A stretch of 64,000 nt of DNA from Octopus sinensis (GCF_006345805.1 NC_043014.1:5146001-5210000); one strand, 5' to 3'. Counted from the stretch's first letter, positions 41,626 to 56,485 are shown. Numbers and translations: made by a program. Notes: generated from the sequence alone by a model not told the origin.

Positions 41626-41955
41626 GTTAATATATATCTGGCAGACTATTGACAATGAAACGGAAGGTCTTATCATATATTATAGTTAAATATTTTAAAC
41701 AATGTTGCTATGAATACAGTTGAAGTTTAGGGTTTTCCAAAGAATTATTTAGAAGAATATTATAACAAAAGGATAGAAATTGTTGAATATTTTTCTATTC
41801 ATAAGTATTCATAAATTTCTTGATAATTTTATTAACTTCTATGCTGAAGTAGAGACAACGTGATCTTTGAGTATCTCCTTAACTTCTTGGAGATTTTAGG
41901 TATAATTATACTAATGTGTCAATCTGTTTTAATTTAATTAAATCCTATGTATTGG

Positions 41956-42042
41956 TGCAGCTGAAGATTCCTCTATATTTTAAATTGATGTGATTATTGT
42001 ATTGTTCAATTAAATGGAGTTGCATGAAACAATTGTACTGCA
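41956..42042 (+). ncRNA. Type I hammerhead ribozyme, second family
   Basis: TGCAG-CTGAAGA...GAAA-CAATTG-TA^CTGCA; stem II imperfect; degenerate copies at ~52879-52965 (+) and ~52097-52182 (-). Confidence 0.65.
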
Positions 42043-42074
42043 TTATCTCTGGATATCCTTGTTACTTACTTTGA

Positions 42075-42144
<70 letters not shown>

Positions 42145-42350
42145 AAGAGAATGCAAATGCACTGCTACGTTCTCGTGCATACAGTATCACACAGCTTACA
42201 CTCATATAACACTAATATATACACCACAATTCGTTCACACGCGACTAGACATGATTTCTTTTAAGGGTTAAAAGGTAATGAATGTTTCCGTTAGTTCATA
42301 TATAATTTTGCTTAATATCTTTTTACTTGATTTATTCTTACCAATTCAAG

Positions 42351-42847
42351 GTGTGGTTGGTGGACAATTCTTTGACCACACAGGTGACGGAAGTAATCTC
42401 TTGTGTTTACCTAACGATCCCATTTGGGCCTATTATACTACAAAAGTTGAAGAAGGTGGTTACATTTATGGCAGTGAATATGAAATATCCCACTACTCAA
42501 ATAAACTCTTTTCTTTTGCAAACGCTGAATCAATTCATGATCACAACGTTCCGTGCGCTGTCTGTTTGACACGACAACCTGCTGTTTTTATGATGTTACC
42601 AGCCAGGACACAGTGTTACGCTGGTTGGACAGCTGAATATTCAGGATATTTGATGACCGCGGGTTCTGGTCATAAGGGCAGACTTGAATATGTGTGTGTG
42701 GATTATGCACCAGAAGCTGATCCAGCGGGTTACAGAGACGAAGATGGAGCTCTATTATATTTCGTTCAGGCTGCTTGTGGTTCATTGCCATGTCCACCGT
42801 ATGTCAATGGTCGAGAATTAACCTGCGTTGTGTGCAGTAAATACTGA
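42351..42847 (+). CDS. Paralogue C, terminal exon, short-chain collagen C4-like (NC1-related) domain
   Basis: caag acceptor; open frame GVVGGQFFDHTGDGSNLLCLPNDP...VPCAVC...YVCVD...CGSLPCPPY...CVVCSKY*; AATAAA at 42908. Confidence 0.9.
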
Positions 42848-44493
42848 ATCGAATTTACATTCGTTTTTGCATGAAAATTCATGTTGGCGAATCATAAAAT
42901 ATAATATAATAAAGCAACATATACGTTTCTTGTAATTGTGTTTCGCAGTATTTTATCCAAGTAATATATGTCGTTAAATAAATTGCTGCTACAAGTTTTC
43001 AGAAAATATTCAAAACGAAACAACAGAGACGTCATAGAATGTGACAAATAGTTTAAGAGAACGATGTAATCCTCAGAGAATGATTCTAGAATACATTGTA
43101 TGAGGTTCAGTTTATCAAATTTAAATGTTGAAATAAAATGATGATTCGTTTAAATGTGTGTTGTATTCCGTCTTAAAATGAAAACAATCCCCAAATGAAA
43201 CACCTCCGTACAAATATATCACCCTTTCATGATCAATCTTCAGAAAACACGATAAAAGCTTATAACTAACATCACTAAATCATGATGGGTTAATAAAAAA
43301 AAATACTCCCATACGTATCATTGTAACTACAATCGATGCGATGAAAGCTCTGCAATCCAATCGCGGATATTACCTAATAAATGTTGACAACCTTACTACT
43401 TGTCAGGTTACTAACACATTGAAGTTTTCACGAAACACTTTCGACAAGGGTACAAGTACACGTCCCACGAAGAACTATTTTCAACCTACATTCACATATT
43501 CCAGCTTTTCTACAAAAATCACACACACACAGACTCGCGTCACATTACACACGCAGCCTCTCATCGTTCCCTGAAAACTAATGTGCCAAAATAAAATGTG
43601 AAACCACCAAGAAATAAGAGTAGACTTCAGGAACAGCATCAACCGAATCTACAGCAACACCACAAAACATCGAGTTCAACAAATTATCTCCGTCTGTAAC
43701 ATAAAACTATCAAACTCGCAGAAGAGGAACTTGCTTCGAGATACATGCATACAATAACTGTAACACACATAAACGACTTAGTAAGGAAAGGAAGACGACT
43801 TATAAAATATACATTAGGTGGAATCAGTGCAACATGTTGAGTCTTTCACACTATACCCAGCATGATTGCTCCTTGTATGTGGGAGTTTGTAGAATGGCTG
43901 CCAGATAAACGAAGGTATCCGTGGAAAGAGGGATCTGTGGGTGGCAGCACGTTTTTTGTCCGATTCATTGCGAGCCATAAGAATGCTCGATTGTGAAAAA
44001 GCTAGAGAAAAAGAATAATAATTAAGTGATATGAAAGCACAAAATGCAAACTGACAAATGAATATATGGAAACATTCAACATGGCGTTTCCAGTGAACAG
44101 TATTAGCGCTCAGTATTAGGCATAAGCAATTTTTAGGTTCGTTAAAATGTGCTAATGGCATATTTCAAACTCTAAACGCAAATTCTGTGCAAAAAGTTGC
44201 AAAAACAGCATATCAGTCCAGTGCTGCTCCCTATCGGGTTCCAGTTCAGCCGTAATCAAGAGAAAATACCGAAGAGGGGAATATCTGGACAAACTTAAAG
44301 CCATAGCTTTAACTTAAACATAGTCAACAACAACGAGTAAGTGACGCCATTAGAGCGCCAGGCTGGAGTCTGTCGTGAGTTACCTCCCTTCGGTATTTCT
44401 CTTTGATAAATACTTCGCTAGAGGAGTTGACTTCAACCTTGTGCCCCAACAGTAACTGCGGTCGCTCGTACGAGCCTGCATTTTCTCCGCATA

Positions 44494-44524
<31 letters not shown>

Positions 44525-44690
44525 CAGTGTGTGTGTAGGTGTGTTTGTGTCAGTGAGTGTGTGTGTGTCGGTGTATGTGTGTGAGTGTGTGTTTGTGTGT
44601 GTGTGTGAGTGTGTGACTGCGTGTTTGTGTGTGTGTGTGTGTCTGTCTGTGTGTGTGGGTGTGTGTGTTGGAGTTTGTGTCAGTGTGTGC

Positions 44691-44739
<49 letters not shown>

Positions 44740-45182
44740 TGTGTGTGTGTCTTTGTGTATGTGTATGTGTTGGTTGAACGAAATACTTCCCACACTGAAT
44801 ATTAAAACAGTTTCCCAAGAATAACAAATAAAATTAAATAACAACATTAGTAAATAAATATATCATAATATATCCAGAAACAGGAATCATTTCACTTTAC
44901 ACGTGTCTCTCATTCATCAAAATATTTTGCTAATTATTGTGTGACAATAACAAACCATCTCTTTCCAATAATTAAACCAGTCAGACAAGTTCACACCCGC
45001 TTTTACAGTTCCACCAATCGCATTGGTTCATAAATTTACGATAAGATCTATGCCAGAGCTGGGTTGTTGTGCGCTCAATAAATACGTGGAATTCAGTTAC
45101 AGGTCTCCAGCTTAAACCTCGCATCTCGATCTTTTGTTGAAGCCACACGAAGTATCACGTACGACCGACAACTGTCACCAGA

Positions 45183-45326
45183 ATGGATTTCGCACAACTG
45201 TCCAGGAATATTTCGCAGCGTTATTCCATTTCTTCTCTCATAGCTTTTGGGGTTCTTCTCGTTCTGACGATCGTGATTCTTCATCAAGATTCAAGAATAG
45301 GAAAAATGGAAGAGAAATCAAAAACG
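45183..45326 (+). CDS. Paralogue D, exon 1 (signal anchor or TM)
   Basis: Same 48 aa as C exon 1; gtaagt donor. Confidence 0.75.
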
Positions 45327-45773
45327 GTAAGTCATGGATTTTGTGTTAATATATGTATGTCTTTATGTATTTATATATGCATGTATGTATGTATGCATTT
45401 ACGTATGTATGTATTAATATGTGGATGTATGTACGTACGGATGGATGGATGGATGTAAGGATGTATGCATGTATCACTTACATATGTTCCTATGGAGCAC
45501 ACACACACACGTAAGATCACACACGTAATCACACACGAACACACAGGCGCACACACCTAAACATACATGTATATACATATACATATATTTGTATATATAA
45601 TATACATATATACGTATATATAAATATACATATTTATGAATATATTAGCGCGTGAACATATATAGATATATATATACAAACAAATACATGCGTGTGTGTA
45701 TCTATCACTGTATCTCTCTGTCTATCTTTCTCTATATATATATCTATATATATATATATATGTATGTGTGTGA

Positions 45774-45829
<56 letters not shown>

Positions 45830-46114
45830 CTGTATATAAATATATTCTTTTACCCGTTTTAGTCATTTGACTGCGGCCATGCTAGAATACTGCGTTCAGT
45901 AGGACATGTCGACTTCAGGAATTATTCCTTGTAAGCCTATTGCTCATTCTATCGGTATCTATAATATACATATATATATGTATATATAAATATACATATA
46001 TATGAATATATTAGTGCCTGAACATATATGGATATATATATACAAACAAATACATGCGTGTGTGTATCTATCACTGTATCTCTCTGTCTATCCCTCTCTC
46101 TCTCTCTATTTATC

Positions 46115-46145
<31 letters not shown>

Positions 46146-46592
46146 GTGTGTGTGTGTTTGTATATAAATATATTCTTTTAACCGTTTCAGTCATTTGACT
46201 GCGGCCATGCTAGAGCACTGCGTTCAGTAGAACAAATCGACTTCAGGAATTATTCCTTGTAAGCCTATTGCTCATTCTATCGGTATCTCTAGACGATCGG
46301 CTATGTAACGGGGACGTAAACACACCGACATCAGTTGAGAATCGATAGCGGTGCGACAATAACAGACACATACATAAAACATAGATACATACACACTATG
46401 TGTGCTATACACACACACACGCACACACACAAATCAATATATATATATATATACTTATCATATATACATACACATATATATAGTTACGTATGTATGTACA
46501 TACATATCTATCTATCAATCTATTTATCTACATATCTATGTATCTCTCTATCTCTCTATGTATGTATGTATCTATCTATCTATCTATTTATG

Positions 46593-46659
<67 letters not shown>

Positions 46660-46675
46660 GTATATCTATTATCTA

Positions 46676-46712
<37 letters not shown>

Positions 46713-47594
46713 ATATATATATATATCTGTCAGATATGATGTAATCGTATATTCTATTTCTATTTCCATGTCTAGTTATATTTGCAATATATTATGTATA
46801 ATGTCATTGCTGTTATGTAATGGTTTAATAAAGTATTGATTGGGTATTATCTGATGGTTGATGATTGATTTAGATATGTTTCTCCATTTTCTTTTTTTGC
46901 ATATATATATATCTATATATACATACATATACACACATCCCAAGTAAACACAACGAAGGGTGTAATTGTACTCCTGTCCGATCGCTCTTTCACCAGACAT
47001 AATCCTGGAGAGGGAAATAAGTGCGTAACGGAAAAAATCTAACGGTGGGGTTCTAGCATGGCCATGCCCTGTCGCTGCAACGTTTAGCCCTGTTAATATT
47101 AGTGTTAAGTATTATATCTAGATGTACACTTACACACACGCACAGAAACAGACACATACAAACACACACACACGCACACATAGGAATACGTACATATTTA
47201 CACACATTTATCTATTTCTCTCCATCAGGAACGGAAGTGAGGCGAGTTTTTTTTAATCTTTTCTTTCCAACTGAAAATAAAACGTGCGAGTGCCAATGTA
47301 GATCGGTGAATTTCGTAATGTTTGACTGTAATTCACGTTGGTTTTTATATATGACAATATGTAAGAACAAATGTAAATACATACACACAGACACACGGAC
47401 AAACACACGCACAAATAAACACAAACACACACACACATACGCACGCACACAGACACACGTGCTCAATTGTACACGAACAATCACACTATACAGTGTATGT
47501 CCACTCACATATATGTGTGCGTTTGTGTGTGTGTATGCGTATAAGTAGATACGTATATTTGTGATATTTACGTGTATACCTATATATTGATATG

Positions 47595-47642
<48 letters not shown>

Positions 47643-47644
<2 letters not shown>

Positions 47645-47699
47645 GAGCTTCCTGATGATTTCTTTTGAATGAAACAGTTCTAGTCCTGTAGAAGCTCCT
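47643..47699 (+). ncRNA. Type I hammerhead ribozyme in a ~140-bp Penelope-like terminal fragment
   Basis: Stem I AGGAGCTTC/GAAGCTCCT, core CTGATGA, stem II TTC/GAA, GAAA, stem III ACAG/CTGT, GTA cut site after 47690. Confidence 0.85.
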
Positions 47700-47778
47700 T
47701 CTATAAAATAAATTAATTTACTCTGCTATGTATTGAGTACCTTATTTACTGTGGTTAACCCCGACTCAACCCGGGACC

Positions 47779-47860
<82 letters not shown>

Positions 47861-47864
47861 TGTG

Positions 47865-48125
47865 TGGAGGCGCAGTGGCCCAAGGGTTAGGGCAGCGGTC
47901 TCATGGTTGCCGGATCGCGGTTTCGATTCCCAGACTGGGCGTTGTGAGTGTTTAATGCTGCACGAAGCTCAGTGAGTTGGGTTGTTGTGATCACTCTTTC
48001 TTCTGTTGGCCCGCTCGCTTAGCCAGCAGGGTGGCGTCATTTGAAGGCTAAAACAATGCGAAGCGCATTGTGACCAGCGATATGTAGCAACAACTGATAG
48101 CCTGGTCTGTAACAGTGATCACAGA
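47865..48125 (+). mobile_element. tRNA-derived SINE (family 2)
   Basis: Homologous to 17485-17745. Confidence 0.75.
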
Positions 48126-49344
48126 GATATATGTATCATACGCACACAATACACGCACACACACACATACACACGTACATACACACACACCAGCACAGAT
48201 GCCCACATATACATTTAACGATACTCATACAGATACGCACACACTTATACACACATGGGCACAGACACACACGCACATACACCTACTTAAGTGCACACAC
48301 GCACAGAAGCACACGCACGCACATTACGCCCACACAACTCCAAAAAACCCCCATACACACGCACGTACAAATTCACATACACACCGATACATATACATAC
48401 ACACAATATATGCCTACACGCGCACACACACATACACATACGTATACACATATAGATACACACACACACACACGCACGCAAAAACATGCGCACACATTAG
48501 CACGCACACACGCACACGAATGCACACACCGAAAGCTCACAACCCCACGGATACACGTATATACACCCATATACAGACACACATACAAACGCACATGTAC
48601 ACGCACACACAACTACGCGCAGATACGAGACGCACGCACTTACACACACACTCAAATGAACCCACACATACATTGCACACATACACACATACACATACAC
48701 TCACACATACACTAAGTAAATCACAGTCATTCGCCACACACCCTAACTCTACGCCTACACACATGAACACACACATACACACACACACACTACAAACAAA
48801 ACACACACACGATACATATACATACACGCACACACACATACATACTTCAAACTAGCAGTACCTACTACTTGACCTGTGGTAGAGACAAAAGGAGCCACGC
48901 CCAATTCCTTCTTCTTAACACTACTAGCCACAACCACACACACATACACACACACATGCACACACACACACATTTGTCTTCATTGGACACATACACACAG
49001 ACACACACACGCACACGCAGACCTCCGCAAACGCACATATCCACACTTACACACATATTCCTCCTCCTCAACCATTCTCCTGTCTTTGAAAGAACTTTCC
49101 TTCACCCATTTCCTTCTAGTCATTCAAAATCTGTGCGCGTGTGTTCCGTTGGCGATTGTTTTCCTCTGTCTTCCATCCTCTGGATCTTTCCTTCTCGTAT
49201 GTTTTCGACGAAGAGCTCCACCCGAAACGTTAAACCCTCCTTCTTTCCTTCTTTCCTGAGCGTCCAATAATACTATATTTGTTCCACGTCCTCGCGTTGT
49301 TGTTTATTTGTGCTTTCTTGTTTGGATTAAATTTAACTATATAT

Positions 49345-49401
<57 letters not shown>

Positions 49402-50600
49402 TATATATATATATATGTAGAAATATGTGTGTGTATATATGTGTGTGTGTGTACTAGCAGACATACCCGGCATTGCTGGGGATTAAAACGAGAAAGTTGG
49501 TATATAATATATTCCAGTCATTTTGAAACAGGTGTGCACTGAAGTCTCCTTGCAGGACAAGTGACTTTACCCCAAATATATCTAAAGCTGAGGTGAATTT
49601 GCTTAGGAAGGATTTGTATTTGACCTCGCTGTTTGCTGCATATACTAACAGCAGCCACAGTGGTCCTCCATATTCAGCCTTAGCTTCAAGAGGTGAACCC
49701 TCACACCTAGTAGGTTTGACTCAATACTACAATCCGAAAGCTGGGGATTGAGAGTATCCTAATCCCACCTGTGCAGACATTGTTGGCACCACAGTTGTGT
49801 AGTGGAGTTTCAAGCCTATATCCAAGTGTACGCTATCGGAGAAACGAAATTTTGTAGGGGAGACACCGATTATATCTTACAGGCAGATTATATCTAACAA
49901 TTTTGACGTTTTAATTCTCAATTATTAAAGGTTGTTCCCTTCTTGATCTGCTTCGGTTTCCTGAGACCGTCAATTTTGTACTCCCACCCCACGCACCCCA
50001 GATTAAGTTGCAGACTTCTTGCTGGTTGCACCAGTATTGGTTGGTGTGTGCTATACATTTATCGACCGGACTCCTTTCCACGAGATCCGGATGCGATGTC
50101 TTTTAACTAAATCGACAAATGATTCGGTATGGTTGTTATTTTCATAGTGTAGTTATGATGGCCTTACTTGCGCCGAGCTCCAAACTGATATTTGTAATTG
50201 ACCGATGAATATTCGCAACTGGCGAATATTCTATCGTTATTCTATTGAGTTTTATCATTATTCTATTGAGAAGTATATATACTCATACCCAAGTTTACGT
50301 ATCATACATACATCCGTTCATTGCGGAGACCGATACACATTCTGATATCCTGAGATTAATCTCTCAAATCTTTGACATCAACGTCACCAACAGGCTCAAC
50401 AGACAAATGTCTTTTTTCTTTCTTTACAATTTATTCTTATTATTTACATCTTTCGTTCTGACTTTCATTCATTCACTCGTTCTTTCTTAGATTCTATATT
50501 TCTCTCTTCTCCATCAATTCCTTCCCATCCAACAATCTACTTTGTAAATGATCCCCCAATTCTTTCTTTTAAACTACATTATTTCATTTTACTATCACAG

Positions 50601-50675
50601 AACCTGGTCTCGGATCATTGTATACCCGGTGGGGCAGAACAACTTGTCCTCCTTATTCAAACCTTGTATATGACG
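50601..50675 (+). CDS. Paralogue D, 75-bp internal exon (xPGLGSLYTRWGRTTCPPYSNLVYDG)
   Basis: tcacag/gttagt boundaries, open frame. Confidence 0.9.
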
Positions 50676-51890
50676 GTTAGTATACTTTATATTTCCGACC
50701 CCTCATTCTCTTTTTGTTTTTCTCTTGTTCTCTTTTTATACCTCTCATTCTCTCTTTTTGTTGCCTCTCTTTCACTCTCACCCTCTCTCTCACGCACACG
50801 CACACACACTTACCCTTTGTCGGGTTGTCTGACATAAACATTCTCAAATCCTTTTATGATATGTCACGTTTCAAACGCCTATACCTGTAGACTATACAGA
50901 CACTACACAAGACTGCTTACTCCTTTGTAGGTATTTGGTCAAATCAGAATATTATATGTTGTCTACTACGGACCAAGTGAAAAGGATGTTGTCTAACCAC
51001 AGAATATAGATATCTCTACGTTAAATTACAGATAGGGGCTGGACTAAAAAAACCACCATGGCGATCAAGAATATCAGGCTGACCAGCTTTGGATTGTAGA
51101 TATCAAATACCGAGGCTGCTAACTGGTGATCAATTGTACTGGCTACGGATGGTGGTATTGTACGTGAGTGACCAGAGCTGAAAAGAGGCCACTTGACTAT
51201 CATTAACTAGAGTGCCCAATGATCGTAGGTGTGGGCTAAATTGAATAGAGTCTATTAGAATTGATGACAGTGACTGTAAATTATTAATGAAATGAACGTA
51301 CAATGTAGAATAAGGACTGGACAAGCCACATGCTGTAACTGATGGAAAAAGCTAAGGACTTTATTCATTAAGTAAAATATAGAGAGACTAAATATTAGTG
51401 AGAGAACACAACAGAGTACAGAATGCACTTCTCTTCTTCTCCGCCTCACCGAAATCGTCCTATCGCTAAAACCTTGCTCTTTTCATGCACCACATCACCT
51501 CATTAATTATCCAGTATATATTTGTAAGGTAATTACGACACTTCCAATTCAAAACTGCTGCTAGAAACTGCGTCCCCAATCAACCTTTCATTCCTTTAAA
51601 ATACTCTGAATCTGCTCTTTGTAAACCCTACACGTATATTTTATCGGTCGCCGACTCCATCACCAAAAATATCCTTGTTCACTCGTGAACACCTTTTCTA
51701 CCTCGGGTAAACACGAGTATATGCGTTACCGAATTCCTTTCTTTTTCTCCTTCTTTATTTACATTCACGCAAAAACACTTCCCCATGCAAACCTACATAA
51801 TAATCCACATCGTAGCCCCAAATACTTACCCGTATACACACAACATATATATACATATACCTACATATATATTATATATATAAATATATA

Positions 51891-51978
<88 letters not shown>

Positions 51979-52081
51979 TGATTCAGATGAATATGTTACT
52001 TAAGTTGAGGCTCCAGAATTTAGTACGGCATTAACCATACAATTTCAAAGTATGGTGATTAAAATTAAAATAAGCAACGAT

Positions 52082-52980
52082 GATATCCAGAGATAATGCA
52101 GTACGTTCGTTTCATGCAACTCCATTTAATTCAACAATGCAATCATTACATCTGTTTAAAATTTAGAGCAAATTTCAGCTGCAAAATACTTAGGATTTAA
52201 TTAAATTACAACAGATGGACACATTTGTATAATTATACTTAAAATCTCCAAGATATTACATAGAACATGTCTCTATTTCAGCATAACAGTTACTAAAATT
52301 ATCAAGAAGACTCAGCTTACCCCTCACTTTTTGTCTTTATGGGGTCAGTTTTAATTTATAGACTAATTTACAAATCCTTTGTATATCTAAGCCTGAGAGA
52401 ACATAGGGAAGTATCTTTTAGGGGGAGGGCTTAGGGAGTAGATAGACATTCTAGTTGGTATAGTCATAAAAAATCAAGAATTATTATAAGCAATACCATG
52501 AGGTTTAGTAAGGGAAAACTTAAAACAAGGTGTTAGCTGATAATTAAGGGGGTCGCACACTGGCAGACTATTGACAATGAAACGGAAGGTCTTATCATAT
52601 ATTATAGTTAAATATTTTAAACAATGTTGCTATGAATACAGTTGATGTTTAAGGTTTTCCAAAGGATTATTAAGAAAAATATTATAACAAAAGGATAGAA
52701 ATTGTTGAATACTTTTTGTATTCATAAGTATTCATAAATTTCTTGATAATTTTATTAACTTCTATGCTGAAGTAGAGACAACATGTTCTTTGTGTATCTC
52801 CTTAACTTCTTGGAAATTTTAGGTATAATTATACTAATGTGTCAATCTGTTTTAATTTAATTAAATCCTATGTATTGGTGCAACTGAAAATTGCTCTATA
52901 TTTTAAATTGATGTAATGATTGTATTGTTCAATTAAATGGAGTTGCATGAAACAATCGTACTGCATTATCTCTGGAAATC
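52082..52980. repeat. Imperfect ~225-bp inverted repeat (Penelope-like, with degenerate hammerheads)
   Basis: 52082-52308 is the reverse complement of ~52740-52980. Confidence 0.7.
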
Positions 52981-52994
52981 CTTGTTGCTTACTT

Positions 52995-53041
<47 letters not shown>

Positions 53042-53247
53042 GAGAATGCTAATGCACAGCTATGATCTAATGCATACAGCAACACTGCTTACACTCACAT
53101 AAACACTATCATATATACACCAAAATTCGACCACACGTTACTAAACATGACTTCCTTTCGGTCTCAAATTGTAATGAATGTTTCCGTTATTTCATATATA
53201 ATTTTGCTTAATATCTTTTTTACTTGATTTATTCTTACCAATTCTAG

Positions 53248-53747
53248 GTGTTGTTGGTGGACAGCATTATTCCCATACTGGTGGGGGAAGTAATCTCTTA
53301 TGTCTGCCTAATGATCCCATTTGGGCAAATTATACTACAGAAGTTGAAAAAGGTGGTTACATTTATGGCAGTGAATATCAATTAGATTTATACCCAACGA
53401 ATAAACTCTTTTCATTTGCTAACGCCGAATCAATTTTTGAACACAACGTTCCGTGCGCTGTCTGTTTGACACGACAACCTGCTGTTGTAATGATGTTACC
53501 ATCCAGGACACAGTGTTACCCTGGTTGGACAGCTGAGTATTCAGGATATTTGATGACCGAGCGTTATGATCATAAGGGCAGACATGAATATGTGTTTGTG
53601 GACTATGCACCAGAAGCTGATCCAGCAGGTTACAGGAACGAAAACGGAGCTCTACTGTATTTCGTTCAGGCTGCTTGTGGTTCATTGCCATGTCCACCGT
53701 ATGTCAATGGTCGAGAATTAAGCTGCGTTGTGTGCAGTAAATACTGA
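53248..53747 (+). CDS. Paralogue D, terminal exon, short-chain collagen C4-like domain
   Basis: ttctag acceptor; open frame GVVGGQHYSHTGGGSNLLCLPNDP...CVVCSKY*; one codon longer than C; AATAAA at 53788. Confidence 0.9.
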
Positions 53748-55324
53748 AATTCGTTTCTATATGAAAATTTATGTCGGCGAATCATAAAATAAAATATAAT
53801 AAAGCAACATATACGTTTATTGTAATTGTGTTTCGCAATATTTTATCCGACTAATATATGTCGTTAAATAAATTGCTGCTACAAGTTTTCAGAAAATATT
53901 CAAAACGAAACAACAGAGACGTCATAGAAAGTGACAAATAGCTTAACAGAACGATGTAATCCTCAGGGAATGATTCTAGAAAACATTGTATGAGGTTCAA
54001 TTTATCAAATTTAAATGTTGAAATAAAATGATTATTCGTTTAAATGTGTGTTGTATTCCGTCTTAAAATGAAAACAATCCCAAAATAAAAAACACCTCCG
54101 TACAAATATATCACCCTTTCATGATCAATCTTCAGAAAACACGATAAAAGCTTATAACTAACATCACTAAATCATGATGGTTTAATAAAAAACATACTCC
54201 CATACGTATCATTGTAACTACAATCGATGCGATGAAAGCTCTGCAATCCAATCGCGGATATTACCTAATAAAGGATATTTGATATCCACTGAAGAAATAC
54301 CACAAAATGTTGACTACCTAACTACTTGTCAGGTTACTAACACATTGAATCACACACACACAGCCTCGCGTCACATTACACACGCAGCCTCTCATCGTTC
54401 CCTGAAATCTTATGTGCCAAAATAAAATATGAATCCACCAAGAAATATGAGTAGACTTCAGGAACAGCATGAACCGAATCTACAGCAACACCACAAAACA
54501 TCAAGTTCAACAAATTATCTCCGTCTGTAACATAAAACTATGAAACTCGCAGAAGAGGAACTTGCTTCGAGATACATGCATACAATAACTGTAACACACA
54601 TAAACGACTTAGTAAGGAAAGGAACACCACTTATAAAATATACATTAGGTTGAATCAGTGCAACCTGTTGAGTCTTTCACACTCTACCCAGCATGATTGC
54701 TCCTTGTATGTGGGAGTTTGTAGAATGGCTGCCAGATAAACGAAGGTATCCGTGGAAAGAGGGATCTGTGGGTGGCAGCACGTTTTTTGTCCGAGTAATT
54801 GCGTACCATAAGAATGCTCGATTGTGAAAAAGCTAGAGAAAAAGAATATTAATTAAGTAATATGAAAGCACGAAATGCAAATTGACAAATGAATATATGG
54901 AAACATTCAACATGGCGTTTCCAGTGAACAGTATTAGCGCTCAGTGTTAGGCATAAGCAATTTTTAGGTTCGTTAAAATGTGCTAATGGCATATTTCAAA
55001 CTCTAAACGCAAATTCTATGCAAAAAGCTGCAAAAACAGCATATTAGTCCAGTGCTGCTCCCTATCGGGTGCCAGTTCTGTCGTTACCAAAAGAAAATAC
55101 CGAAGAGGGGAATATCTGGACAAACTTAAAGCCATAGCTTTAACTTAAACATAGTCAACAACAACGAGTAAGTGACGCCATTAGAGCGCCAGGCTGGAGT
55201 CTGTCGTGAGTTACCTCCCTTCGGTATTTCTCTTTGATAAATACTTCGCTAGAGGAGTTGACCTCAACCTTGTGCCCCAACAGTAACTGCGGTCGCTCGT
55301 GAGTGCCCGCATTTTCCGCATATT

Positions 55325-55939
55325 TGTGTGTGTGTGTGTGAGTGTGTGAGTGTGTGAGTGTGTGTGTCAGTTTGTGTGAGTGTCAGTGTGTCTGGGTGTG
55401 TATCTGTGTGTGTGTCTGTGTGTATGTGTTTGTATGTGTGTGTCAGTGTGTGTGAGCCATTGTGTGAGTGTTTGTGTGTGTGTGTCAGTGTGTGTGTGTG
55501 TCATTGTGTGCGCTTGTGTGTGTGTGTGTGTGTCAGTGTGTGTGTGTGTGTGTATTTCAGTGTGTGTGTGTGTGTTTGTCAGTGTGTGTGTATGTCAGTG
55601 TGTGTGTATTTGTGTGTGTGTGTAAGTGTGTGTGTGTATGTATGTCAGCGTGTGCGTGTGTATGTGTGTCAGTGTGTGTGTGTGTGTGTTTGTGTGTGTA
55701 TGTGTGTGTTTTTGTGTGTGTGTGTGTGTGTTTGTGTGTGTGTATGTGTGTGTGTGTCTGTGTGTGTGTGTCAGTGTGTGTGTCAGTATATGTGTGTGTG
55801 TATGTGTGTTTGTCAATGTATGTCTGTGTGTGTCAGTGTGTGTGTGTGTCTATGTCAGTGTGTGTGTGTATGTCAGTGTGTGTGTAAGTGTGTCAGTGTG
55901 TGATTGTGTCATTGTGTGTGTTTGTGTGTGTGTATGTCA

Positions 55940-55971
<32 letters not shown>

Positions 55972-56110
55972 ATGTCTGTGTGCGTGTGTGTGTGTGTCAG
56001 TGTGTATGTATGTATGTCAGTGTGTGTGTATGTGTGTGTATATCAGTGTGTGTGTATTTGTGAGTCTGTATGAGAGTGTGTGCGTGTGTATGTGTGTCAG
56101 TGTATTTGTC
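55325..56110. repeat. Degenerate (TG)n tract with recurrent GTCAG interruptions
   Basis: Direct inspection; equivalent tracts at 28947-29305 and 44497-44770. Confidence 0.9.
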
Positions 56111-56485
56111 GGTTGAACGAAATACTTCCCACACTGAATATTAAAACATTTTCCCAATAATTACAAATAAAATTAAATAACAACATTAGTAAATAAATAT
56201 ATCATAATATATCCAGAAACAGGAATCATTTCACTTTACACGTGTCTCTCATTCATCAAAATATTTTGCTAATTATTGTGTGACAATATCAAACCATCTC
56301 TTTCTTTACAGTTCCACCAATCGCATTGGTTCATAAATTTACGATAAAATCTATGCCAGAGCTGGGTTGTTGTGCGCTCAATAAATACGTGGAATTCAGT
56401 TACAGGTCTTCAGCTTAAACCTCGCATCTCGATCTTTTGTTGAAGCCACACGAAGTATCACGTACGGCCGACAACTGTCACCAGA

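Noticed and set aside
42278-42350. Apparent signal peptide at the start of the 189-aa ORF
   Set aside because: It is the translated T-rich intron end; the equivalent frame is closed by the TAG acceptor in B and D
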